Below, piece after piece: positions 7,713-16,152 of a DNA stretch of 21,672 nt. The translations under genes and the position numbers were made by a program. Position 1 is the stretch's first letter. Each line of letters begins with the position of its first letter. Below the pieces are notes generated by a model. It saw nothing but the letters and a program-made list of their open reading frames with translations. It was not told the DNA's origin and made no database searches. The DNA is taken from positions 1 through 21,672 of the forward strand of contig JBNRMN010000059.1 of the NCBI GenBank assembly GCA_050309605.1, in the 5' to 3' direction. This stretch comes from Anaerohalosphaeraceae bacterium. GTDB lineage: Bacteria > Planctomycetota > Phycisphaerae > Sedimentisphaerales > Anaerohalosphaeraceae.

Positions 7713-9830
7713 ATGAAAAAGCTGGTGTTGGGTGTAATGATGAGCATGTGTCTTGTCGGTGTGGCAAACGCTGAAATTATCGGGGCCGAGACATTCGATT
7801 ACCCGAATGGGGCGATTGCAGGGCTGACCGGCGGTGAGTTCTGGATGTGGAATAATGTCGTCCAGGATCATACCAACGACAAAACAGCCTGGGAAGTGCT
7901 TTGGGGCAACGTTGTTCTGCAAGGTCAAGCGCTTTATACCCATGACGGCGGTGCATTGCGAAACTATGGCAGTAATCTGAATGATGCTGCGTTTCGGGCC
8001 TCAGGCGTTGTTTATTACAGTGTTCTGTTTACTTCCGTCAGTAACCCCGATTGGGGCGGAATCAGTGGATATGATTTTGGAGATGAGCGTCTCTTCTTTG
8101 GGATGCCGGGAGCGCAGGGCGATGTGAAATATTTCGGCGTGGACGGAGGGGCTGGTCGTGGTCTGACAGATATCCCCATCGAACTGGAGCGAGAATACCA
8201 CTTGATCTGTGCGATCGATTTTGACGGCAGCCAAATCAGAATGTGGGTCGATCCCGATGCGGATGATTGGGATCATGGCGCGGCGGATAATTCGGCGGAT
8301 ATCCGGCGGGACTATTTCGGAACCAATTGGAATACGGGTGTTCGCCTGGCCTCAGGCGGCAACTGCAAATGGGATAATCTTGTTGTGGCGACTGACTTTT
8401 GGGATGTGGTTCCCAAAGTGGCCCGAAATCCCTATCCGGCCAACGGCCAGAAGTCGGTTCCTCTGGAAATCACCGTCGGCTGGGAGCCGGCCCTCGATCC
8501 TGACGATCCCGAGTCGCCCAATCCGGATATAACGGCGCATCGGCTCTTTGCGAACTTTGACAACCCCAATGATCCCAACCTGTATTTTATCGCTGAAATT
8601 GCCAATACGGGCCAGCGTGTCGAATACGGCCCGTTTTCACTGACCACCGACACGGTCTATTCCTGGCGTGTGGATCAGGTGCTGCCCGATGCCAATGACA
8701 TTATTGGGGCTGTGTGGCAGTTTGAAACGATCCTCTCCGTTCCGGTGATCGACGATCAGCCGCAGTATCAGGTGGTTGAGCAGGGCCAAACGGCGGTCTT
8801 TGCCGTCGGCGTCGATTCGATGTCGCCCCCGACCTATCAGTGGTATAAATATGTGGACGGCATCGATGATATTGAGTTGATGGATGGCGAGTCGATTGAG
8901 GGGGCGCAGACGGATACCCTTTCTATTCATGATGCGCAGTTGGATGATGAAGGCGCGTACTATTGTGTTGTCAGCAATGCGTCCGGCGTCCCTGTTCCAT
9001 CCGAACAGGCCCTGCTGGGCATCCAGCGAAAGATTGCTTATTGGCCGTTTGAAGACAACAGCGTCCAAAGCGTCGTGCCCGGAAGTCCGACCACCATTGC
9101 CTACGGTCAGCCGACCTTTGACAGCGGCGCTGTTGGAGATGCGATGGTCTTTAGGGCCGGTTTGGATATGCTCTACACCGATCCGAATGAAACCTCGTAT
9201 TTCGATATCTGCAATTACAGTATGTCGGTGGCGTGCTGGGTCAGAACGACTACCGCCCGGACATGGGTGCCTTTTGTGGCACGACACGGCGAAGGCAATC
9301 AGGGCTGGCAACTGCGGCAAGGTTCCATGGCCGGACGTCCCACCTTTACGACGCGCCAAACCGGCAACGATGACGGCACGCGCGGCAACCGAACGGTCGC
9401 CGACGGCAACTGGCATTATGTGGTCGGAACGTTTGATGGGTCGGTCAAAAAGCTTTACATCGACGGCGTGCTGAGCCGACTCTATTCGGAAGATACCGGC
9501 CAAATGCTCAGAGACGGCGATGAGGTCAGCGGAATGATCGGGGAAACGCAAATGCCCGTGGCTATTGCAGGACGGGTAACCGGTGAACCGGGCGAGCTGA
9601 TTTTTGAATATTGGAACGTCGTCGGGGCACGGTACGATGAAGTGGAAATCTATAACTATGCCCTGGACGCTGAAACGATTGCCCAAAACTATGCCGACAT
9701 CACCGGCCAATCCCTCTGTCCCGAGCAGCCGATGTACGATCTGAACGCTGACTGTGTCGTGGACTTGAATGATTTTGCGTTACTCGCATCCGAGTGGCTC
9801 AGCGGTTCGCTGATCCAGCCAAATCCTTGA
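7713..9830 (+). CDS. Secreted multidomain protein: unknown N-terminal domain, FN3-like, Ig-like, LamG/concanavalin-like jelly roll, C-terminal dockerin-like motif
   Basis: GGAG before ATG 7713 and signal peptide MKKLVLG...ANA. YSWRVD...GAVWQFET; YQWYK...DEGAYYCVVSN (Ig); ADGNWHYVVGTFDG...KLYIDG...DEVEIYNYAL (LamG); DLNADCVVDLNDFALLASEWL. Confidence 0.85.
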   Translation: MKKLVLGVMMSMCLVGVANAEIIGAETFDYPNGAIAGLTGGEFWMWNNVVQDHTNDKTAWEVLWGNVVLQGQALYTHDGGALRNYGSNLNDAAFRASGVVYYSVLFTSVSNPDWGGISGYDFGDERLFFGMPGAQGDVKYFGVDGGAGRGLTDIPIELEREYHLICAIDFDGSQIRMWVDPDADDWDHGAADNSADIRRDYFGTNWNTGVRLASGGNCKWDNLVVATDFWDVVPKVARNPYPANGQKSVPLEITVGWEPALDPDDPESPNPDITAHRLFANFDNPNDPNLYFIAEIANTGQRVEYGPFSLTTDTVYSWRVDQVLPDANDIIGAVWQFETILSVPVIDDQPQYQVVEQGQTAVFAVGVDSMSPPTYQWYKYVDGIDDIELMDGESIEGAQTDTLSIHDAQLDDEGAYYCVVSNASGVPVPSEQALLGIQRKIAYWPFEDNSVQSVVPGSPTTIAYGQPTFDSGAVGDAMVFRAGLDMLYTDPNETSYFDICNYSMSVACWVRTTTARTWVPFVARHGEGNQGWQLRQGSMAGRPTFTTRQTGNDDGTRGNRTVADGNWHYVVGTFDGSVKKLYIDGVLSRLYSEDTGQMLRDGDEVSGMIGETQMPVAIAGRVTGEPGELIFEYWNVVGARYDEVEIYNYALDAETIAQNYADITGQSLCPEQPMYDLNADCVVDLNDFALLASEWLSGSLIQPNP

Positions 9831-9855
9831 TGTGAACGTGTGTACGGTCAGTTTG

Positions 9856-9898
9856 CGGATCTCCCTGTCGGTCAGCGGCAGGGAGATCCGTTGTTTTT
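9856..9898 (+). terminator. Rho-independent terminator
   Basis: CGGATCTCCCTGTCG-gtcag-CGGCAGGGAGATCCG stem (15 bp, one G-U) followed by TTGTTTTT. Confidence 0.85.
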
Positions 9899-10096
9899 AG
9901 CCGACGATTTTTTCATTTCGCAGACACGATGTCCCCGAATCGGCCGCGCGCAGATGAGTCGTAAAAGTCCCTTGCGTCATCAGGCAGGATCGGATAAACT
10001 GAAGACGATGAGGCCGCGCGTGTCTTCATCTGTGGATGGGATATAAACGTTTTCCGCTCAATATATGAGAACCGCCAAATGCCAAAAGGAATCGTT

Positions 10097-11371
10097 ATGA
10101 GGATGCTCGCTCTCTATCTGGCTTATGTATTCGCTATAGTCTGTCCCTCTTTTGCGGATGAATTCCATTGGCCCGACTGGCGCGGGCCGGAGCACAACAG
10201 GGTGGTTTCGAAGGGACCTTATCCTGTGACGTGGGATCCGGACCGTCCGCTGTGGAAGCTGGATGTTCCCGGCAGAGGATATTCAACGCCTGTTGTGTGG
10301 GATAAAACGATCTATCTGACCACCGGCGCGGATGGTCAGGATACGGTGCTGGCGGTGGACTGGTCGGGTAAGCTGCTTTGGCAGACGCCGCTGGGTTCCG
10401 AAGTGCCGGGCAGACATCAAAATGCCTCCGGCAGCAATCCCTCGCCCACGACCGACGGTTCGGCGGTGTTTGTCTTCTTCAAAAGCGGTCATTTTGCCGC
10501 TTTGGAACGAGACGGGACCGTCCGCTGGCAGACCAACCTGTTTGAGCGCTTCGGCAAAGATGATCGGTTTTGGGATTTTGGGACGTCTCCTGTCTTGACA
10601 AAGGATTATGTGGTCATGGCTCAGATGCACGACGGGGACTCGTGGGTGGCCGCATTTGACAAGCAGACCGGCGATTTGGCCTGGAAGGTCTCTCGCAACT
10701 ACCAGACGCCTCGGGAAAACCGTCAGGGCTACACCACGCCGATTGTTTATTCACATCAAGGAACAGAGGCCCTGCTGATCTGGGGCGCCGAGCATCTGAC
10801 GGCTCACAATACGGCTGACGGCAGCTTGATTTGGTCGTGCGGCAATTTCAATCCCGACGGCACGGCCTACTGGCCCGCCGTCGCGTCGCCGGCGATTTGC
10901 GGGCAGGTTGCGGTTGTCTCGTTTGGCCGAGCGGATCGTCGTCAGCCTCGACTCCATGGGGTGAAACTGGGTGGAAGCGGAGATGTTACCGAAACGCATC
11001 ACTTATGGAGCCGACGCGATGCGGGGTCTTTTATCCCTACACACGTGGCATACAACGACCATGTATATGTTCTCGGTGACCGCGGCGATATCCATTGTAT
11101 TGATCCGCTGACCGGTGAAAGCGTCTGGAGCGACGACTTTCCGTCCGGAAGGGGCGCTTTTTATGCTTCCCCGCTGATCGCAGGGGGACACCTCTATGCC
11201 GCTCGTGAAGCCGGAACGGTTTACGTCATCAAACTGCAGGACGACGGTTTTGAGCTGATCTCCCAAATCGATATGGATGATAAGATGATTGCCTCCCCGG
11301 TTGCGCTGTCGGGGCGTCTGCTGATTCGGACCGAGCGCCGTTTGTTCTGTTTCGGCGAAAAAGAGGACTGA
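10097..11371 (+). CDS. Secreted PQQ-binding-like beta-propeller protein (planctomycete-expanded, BamB-like fold)
   Basis: Signal peptide, WPDWRGP, GYSTPVVW, repeated D..G...W blades, YASPL, IASPV, LLIRT...LFCFG end. AAGGA before ATG 10097 (ORF track start 10079). Confidence 0.88.
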   Translation: MRMLALYLAYVFAIVCPSFADEFHWPDWRGPEHNRVVSKGPYPVTWDPDRPLWKLDVPGRGYSTPVVWDKTIYLTTGADGQDTVLAVDWSGKLLWQTPLGSEVPGRHQNASGSNPSPTTDGSAVFVFFKSGHFAALERDGTVRWQTNLFERFGKDDRFWDFGTSPVLTKDYVVMAQMHDGDSWVAAFDKQTGDLAWKVSRNYQTPRENRQGYTTPIVYSHQGTEALLIWGAEHLTAHNTADGSLIWSCGNFNPDGTAYWPAVASPAICGQVAVVSFGRADRRQPRLHGVKLGGSGDVTETHHLWSRRDAGSFIPTHVAYNDHVYVLGDRGDIHCIDPLTGESVWSDDFPSGRGAFYASPLIAGGHLYAAREAGTVYVIKLQDDGFELISQIDMDDKMIASPVALSGRLLIRTERRLFCFGEKED

Positions 11372-11391
11372 AACCGGCCGCATCGCAAAGT

Positions 11392-12057
11392 TCAGTCCGT
11401 GTTTTGCGTTTTTTGGGTCCATTGGGCGGTGCACAGGCGGGCCAGATGTGCTTTGGCCGCGAGGCTATCGACAGGTTGGCCGGTTTCTTCTTGGGCTGAA
11501 GTCATCATGACGCCGTCCAGCCCGCAGGGGATGATGTGATTGAAGATGGACAAGTCGTTGTTCAGATTGATTGCCATGCCGTGAAACGTGACCCATTTTT
11601 TGATCTGCACGCCGATGGAGGCGATTTTTTTCTCGCCGATCCACAAGCCGGGATATCCTTTGCGCCGCTGTGCAGTGATGCCCAGCTCGGCCAGCAGGGC
11701 GATGCCGACCCCCTCCAATTGGCGTATATACTCGGTAACGCCCAGCCCAAGGCTGCGCAGTTTGATGATCGGATAAAAAACAAGTTGGCCCGGATTGTGG
11801 GCCGTCGTTCCGCCGCCGCGCCCGACGGTCAGTACCTCGACGCCGCAGGCGGTGATCTGCTCGGCGTTGGATTTAAGCTTGTTTTCGGTTTTTCGCGCAC
11901 CGAGGGTAATCACCGGCGGGTGTTCAACGATCAGGATGGTATTGTCGATTTCGTCGGTCTGCCGCTGGATGCACAGCTCCAGTTGCAGCGCAAGTGCCGC
12001 CGCATACGGCATCAGCCCGCAATCACGAATATCCAAAGGTACCGTTGTATCAGCCAC
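11392..12057 (-). CDS. lipB: Lipoyl(octanoyl) transferase LipB
   Basis: VEHPPVITLG, RGGGTTAHNPGQLVFYPI, KKIASIG, VTFHGMAIN, F..IIPCG. GGAGG 6 nt before GTG 12057; the ORF track start at 12249 is likely too long. Confidence 0.95.
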   Translation of the reverse strand: MADTTVPLDIRDCGLMPYAAALALQLELCIQRQTDEIDNTILIVEHPPVITLGARKTENKLKSNAEQITACGVEVLTVGRGGGTTAHNPGQLVFYPIIKLRSLGLGVTEYIRQLEGVGIALLAELGITAQRRKGYPGLWIGEKKIASIGVQIKKWVTFHGMAINLNNDLSIFNHIIPCGLDGVMMTSAQEETGQPVDSLAAKAHLARLCTAQWTQKTQNTD

Positions 12058-12258
12058 CAATTCCCTCCGATTGTTACGGATAGTATTGTGTATGCCACTG
12101 GAAACACAACAAACAGCTCGTTGCTGTCGCGACTTGGTCGTCCAAGCGTCGGCATTCCGACAGATGAACGGCAAATTAATTGGCATTGTACCCGCCACAG
12201 GCCAGAAATCAACCCGCACAAACACACAACCGTACATAACCGAACACAAACGAAAATG

Positions 12259-12288
12259 TTGTATGCGACCGCAGTTTCCGTTTATAAT
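12259..12288 (+). promoter_or_regulatory. Putative sigma70 promoter for the YcjF-like gene
   Basis: TTGTAT-N18-TATAAT, 40 nt upstream of ATG 12328. Confidence 0.5.
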
Positions 12289-12327
12289 TAGGATTCAAAC
12301 GAATGTTTTATTTTTGGATGGGATATT

Positions 12328-13512
12328 ATGCTAAAACACTGGTTTCGGATCATGCGCACGGCGGTGACGGCGGTGGGGGTGCTGTTGGCGTTTTTTGCAT
12401 TTATCGAGGTGGTGCGGGCGTATCAGACGCTGCGGATGATGCACCCGGCGGCGGGATGGGCGTTTTTGGCAGTGATTGTCGCCGCCGGCGGCTGGCTGGG
12501 GTGGTATCTGTGGGTCAATCTGGCCGCGGTGCCGCGAGCGCTGCGCCCGCCGGTGATACCTGATCCCGCACACGCCACGGACCGACAGCTTAAAAGGTAC
12601 CTGTTGTACCTGCGGCAGTTTATCCGGCGGCTGGCCCACAATCCGTCGGTTCCGACTGACCAAGTTCCCTTGCTGGAGGAGGCCGTGAGGCGAATCGAGC
12701 AGACGGCGACCGGTTCGACAACGCCGGAAATGATGCGCAAGACGATTGAGGCAGTCGAGACCGAGGCGATTGGGCCGGTGCTGGCTGAGATCGACGATCT
12801 GGCGTCCCGGCAGGTCCGCGATTCAATGCGGGATATTATGATCGGCGTTACGCTCAGCCCGTACAAATCGGCCGATTTGTTCATCGTGATCTATCGCAAT
12901 TTGGTGATGACGATCCGCATTATTCGTATTTATAACGCCCGACCCGCGGCGGCCGAGCAGTGCCGCATTCTGCTGGACATTCTCAATGTCATTGCGACCG
13001 TCAACTACATCAATATGGGCAAGAACCTGATCGAGGGACTTGGCTCGCGCGTGCCGGGCATCGGGCGGTTCATCGACGACATTGCTCAGGGCGTTGGGGC
13101 CGGCTTTATGACAACGATTGCCGGCCATGCCGCGATGCAGCGGTGCCGGGCATTTAAGGGCTGGAACGCGGTTGAGGCCAAACGCCACCTGCTCAGCCAC
13201 GTGGGCGATTTTTACAACGATGTCAAAGACATCTTTTTCCGAGATGTTTGGCAGGGCCTGCGCCGCCGCGCCGGAACAACCGCCACTGATGAAACCGGCA
13301 AGAAAGTCGCCGACGCGCTGAATGAAACCGGCGACAGTCTGACCAGCTTCATCCGAACTCCCGTCCGCTCGGTCGTGACCGTCTCGACGGCCTCGACCAA
13401 AGCGGTCTATCACACCGGCGTTCAAGGGGTCTCACTGGTCGGCGGCATTTTTAAGAAAACCGGCCGGTTCTTTACAAAACCGTTTCGAAAAAAACAAGAC
13501 AGCAGTGATTGA
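12328..13512 (+). CDS. YcjF-family (DUF697-like) membrane protein
   Basis: Two N-terminal TM helices, then IDDLA...VTLSPY...DLFIVIYRN..M...I...YN.RP and AQGVGAGFMT...G.AAM..CR, matching the YcjF pattern. Confidence 0.75.
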   Translation: MLKHWFRIMRTAVTAVGVLLAFFAFIEVVRAYQTLRMMHPAAGWAFLAVIVAAGGWLGWYLWVNLAAVPRALRPPVIPDPAHATDRQLKRYLLYLRQFIRRLAHNPSVPTDQVPLLEEAVRRIEQTATGSTTPEMMRKTIEAVETEAIGPVLAEIDDLASRQVRDSMRDIMIGVTLSPYKSADLFIVIYRNLVMTIRIIRIYNARPAAAEQCRILLDILNVIATVNYINMGKNLIEGLGSRVPGIGRFIDDIAQGVGAGFMTTIAGHAAMQRCRAFKGWNAVEAKRHLLSHVGDFYNDVKDIFFRDVWQGLRRRAGTTATDETGKKVADALNETGDSLTSFIRTPVRSVVTVSTASTKAVYHTGVQGVSLVGGIFKKTGRFFTKPFRKKQDSSD

Positions 13513-13542
13513 TCCGATTTTGGCCTGAAAGGACGGTTTGTG

Positions 13543-13570
13543 TCAGCCCGCCCAACGGGGCGGGGGCTGA
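13543..13570 (+). terminator. GC-rich hairpin downstream of the YcjF-like gene (possible terminator, no clear U-tract)
   Basis: TCAGCCCGCCC-aacg-GGGCGGGGGCTGA imperfect inverted repeat. Confidence 0.35.
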
Positions 13571-13649
13571 TCGTTCGACTTTCCGCCTCTCTTTGGGGAC
13601 AATGACAGCACTTTTTTGTACGAATACCCTGATTCGACCTGAAGTCCTA

Positions 13650-13678
13650 TTGAAATTGAGCCGTATAATGACTATAAT
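13650..13678 (+). promoter_or_regulatory. Sigma70 promoter for the S8 peptidase gene
   Basis: TTGAAA-N17-TATAAT in an AT-rich patch; supports a start at ATG 13725 rather than 13509. Confidence 0.7.
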
Positions 13679-13724
13679 AAGAAAAACAGGTTTAATTGGG
13701 AGACTAGGCAGTTTGCGGTCATCA

Positions 13725-15440
13725 ATGTTGAAAATAGTCGGGGTTATTTCGGTTCTTACGGCCTGGACAACGGGATTCGTTTTCGCCGATATTGGAACTC
13801 TGCAACGTCCGCTTGAACCGGCTGCTGTGGACGCAGCGGGTATTCGACACCTTCAGCAGGTCGATCCGAATCTGACCGGTGGGGGGATCGTCATCGCGGC
13901 GGTATGTCGAAGTATGAGCTATATCAACGGGCTGCCTCAGAATGACTACCGTTTTAATATGCAGCACAACAGCCTGGCCGGAGCTGATGTGCTGTTTGAG
14001 GACCATTCGGACGGCCTGCACGGTATTTCGCCCCATGCAACGGCTATCGGCGGTATTCTGGTGGGACTCGATGACGCGGCCGTCTTGCCCGACGGCACAC
14101 CGGTTGCGTATCGAGGCGTCTGCCCGTCGGCTTCGGTCGATGTGTATGAGTTTTGGCGATTCGCGGCGTTACGCTTGTTTGCGCGTGAACCGGTCAGCGC
14201 CGACGTGCTTACGCTGAGCCTTGGCGAGGTGTTCGACGACTGGTGGACCAGAGCCATCGAACGGCTGGCCGCCGAACAGGGGACGGTCGTCGTGGCGTCC
14301 ATCGGCAACGGACAGGCCGTCAAAGATCCTCCCCTGTATCCGGCCGCCGGCGCCAATGTCATTGGAGTGGGCGTACTCAACTCCGTCGTTTGGCCGGATG
14401 GAACGGACAGCTTGAGTGAATTTACCCTCCCGACCGCCGCCGGTTCCAGTCAGGGTCCGACCGACGATTTGCGGTCCAAACCCGACCTCGTTGCACCGGG
14501 ATCCGCCGTTGTTCCGGACGCTTATTCAGAAGACGGCTATGCCATACAGGTCAATGCAAGCAGTTTGGCCGCCCCAATCACAGCCGGAACAGCCGCCTTG
14601 CTGCTGCAGCGCGCTTACGGGGACCCGACGCTTGCCGCGGCACTGGAGAATACACCGATCAACAGCGTCATAAAGGCGATTTTAATGAACTCGGCACGAA
14701 AACTGCCCTATTGGCACAAAGGCCGGATTGCCGAAGACGACGATACCACAACGCCGCTGGATCGACTCCAGGGCGCGGGGATGCTGGACGCTCAAGCAGC
14801 CACGGCCCAATTGACCGCCGGCAAACAGCCGCCGGGCCAAGGGGAGACGCTCGGCTGGGACAGCCGCTCAATCGGGCAGGACGACGTTTATTATTATCTA
14901 TTTGAATCCACCGACCCGAATGCCATGCTGACGGCAACGCTGACGTGGAACCGTCATTATGAGGACAGCTATCCCTTCCGGGCGCAGACCGAACAAAGCG
15001 ATCTGCGGCTGGAATTGTGGGCATTCGATGGCGATTGGCCGACCGAAATGACACTGCTGGATGTCAGCGACAGTCCCGTCGATACCGTCGAGCACCTCTG
15101 GATGTCTTTGGACGGCGATGATACGCACTATGCCGTGGCCGTTCGGTTCAGTCCGGATGCTGTCTTGCCCATACCCGAATCCGAGCATTTCGCACTGGCC
15201 TGGTCGGTCGGGTCGGATACGTCGCTGGGCCATCCGCTGTGGCGGGATTTGAACGGCGACGGAAAAATCGACGCTCTCGATGACTTCATTTACTTATTGC
15301 TTGAAAGCGGACAGTTGAACACTCTTGAACCGGATTTTTATAAAGACGCTCTGGGCCTTTCGTCGGAACGATTTGAGCTGCTGACAACCCTTTGGCCCCG
15401 CTGGCAACCCTATCTGGCAGCCGCGTCGATAGGCGATTAG
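13725..15440 (+). CDS. Secreted S8 (subtilase) family peptidase-like protein with C-terminal dockerin/EF-hand-like motif
   Basis: Signal peptide MLKIVG...VFA; HATAIGGIL (His), VVVASIGN (oxyanion Asn), KPDLVAPG, SSLAAPITAGTAALL (Ser), IKAILMNSA, QGAGMLD, TATLTWNR; DLNGDGKIDALD. Confidence 0.85.
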   Translation: MLKIVGVISVLTAWTTGFVFADIGTLQRPLEPAAVDAAGIRHLQQVDPNLTGGGIVIAAVCRSMSYINGLPQNDYRFNMQHNSLAGADVLFEDHSDGLHGISPHATAIGGILVGLDDAAVLPDGTPVAYRGVCPSASVDVYEFWRFAALRLFAREPVSADVLTLSLGEVFDDWWTRAIERLAAEQGTVVVASIGNGQAVKDPPLYPAAGANVIGVGVLNSVVWPDGTDSLSEFTLPTAAGSSQGPTDDLRSKPDLVAPGSAVVPDAYSEDGYAIQVNASSLAAPITAGTAALLLQRAYGDPTLAAALENTPINSVIKAILMNSARKLPYWHKGRIAEDDDTTTPLDRLQGAGMLDAQAATAQLTAGKQPPGQGETLGWDSRSIGQDDVYYYLFESTDPNAMLTATLTWNRHYEDSYPFRAQTEQSDLRLELWAFDGDWPTEMTLLDVSDSPVDTVEHLWMSLDGDDTHYAVAVRFSPDAVLPIPESEHFALAWSVGSDTSLGHPLWRDLNGDGKIDALDDFIYLLLESGQLNTLEPDFYKDALGLSSERFELLTTLWPRWQPYLAAASIGD

Positions 15441-15464
15441 CGCTGACAATAGAAAAAGCCCCCT

Positions 15465-16094
15465 ATGAACACTCCCAAACGAAAGGTGTTGTTTCGTTTT
15501 CGCGCGTTTGTCTCACTGACGGTCGCCTTGTCATTTTTTGTGATGGTCGTCAGCGGAATCATCCTGTATCTGGCGCCATCCCGTCGTCTTGCCGAGCAGC
15601 AGGATTGGAGCGTCTGTGGACTGTTCCGTTCGCAATGGATTGCGCTGCATTTGAGCTTCAGCACCCTGTTTCTCATCGCCGCTGTCATTCACCTCTGGTT
15701 CAATCGACGTCCTTTGCTCAGTTATCTGAAACTCAAAAGGAAAACCGCCGCCGGTCTGCGGTGGGAATGGGCGGCGGTGCTGCTTGCGGCCGTATGGGTC
15801 GCATGGGGAACACTCGCCCCGTTTGGGCCGTTTACGGCACTGCTGGAACAGCGCCAGCAGTTTTACCGGGGCGATACAACCGAGGCCGACTCTCAGTCCG
15901 ACCGCACAGGAATGGGGCAAATGACCCTTGCCGATTACTGTCGTCAGACAGGACAGGATGCCGATAGCGTCATTGATTATCTGAATGCACAAGGCATCGC
16001 CGCGCGTAAAAACGACACGCTTCGCGCCATCAGCGACCGTAACGACATCCGTCCCAGCCGCCTGCGACGCCTGATTGAAACCGCCCGGCCATGA
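15465..16094 (+). CDS. DUF4405-like membrane protein (cytochrome b-like TM region)
   Basis: R.FVSL...VSGIILYLAP, W..LH...IHLWFN (two TM histidines), third TM helix, C-terminal GQMTLADYC helical domain. Confidence 0.75.
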   Translation: MNTPKRKVLFRFRAFVSLTVALSFFVMVVSGIILYLAPSRRLAEQQDWSVCGLFRSQWIALHLSFSTLFLIAAVIHLWFNRRPLLSYLKLKRKTAAGLRWEWAAVLLAAVWVAWGTLAPFGPFTALLEQRQQFYRGDTTEADSQSDRTGMGQMTLADYCRQTGQDADSVIDYLNAQGIAARKNDTLRAISDRNDIRPSRLRRLIETARP

Positions 16095-16123
16095 AACCGG
16101 TTGGTATTTGCACGTCTTGACCC

Positions 16124-16152
16124 TTGCCAAACCCGGCCCAACGTGGTATATT
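16124..16152 (+). promoter_or_regulatory. Sigma70 promoter for gatCAB
   Basis: TTGCCA-N17-TATATT with an extended -10 TG. Confidence 0.6.

Noticed and set aside
8637..9710. Long antisense ORFs (also 3890-4771, 11536-12291, 17145-18068, 18901-19719)
   Set aside because: Shadow frames of well-supported genes in GC-rich DNA with no recognisable motifs.
10097..11371. Calling the propeller protein bamB or a PQQ dehydrogenase
   Set aside because: It belongs to a large paralogous propeller family; no bam gene context or dehydrogenase-specific features are evident.
12058..12249. N-terminal extension of LipB in the ORF track
   Set aside because: Not LipB-like; a strong SD precedes GTG 12057 and the region looks like a divergent promoter.
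13509..13724. N-terminal extension of the S8 ORF
   Set aside because: Contains a hairpin and a near-consensus promoter; the signal peptide starts at ATG 13725.
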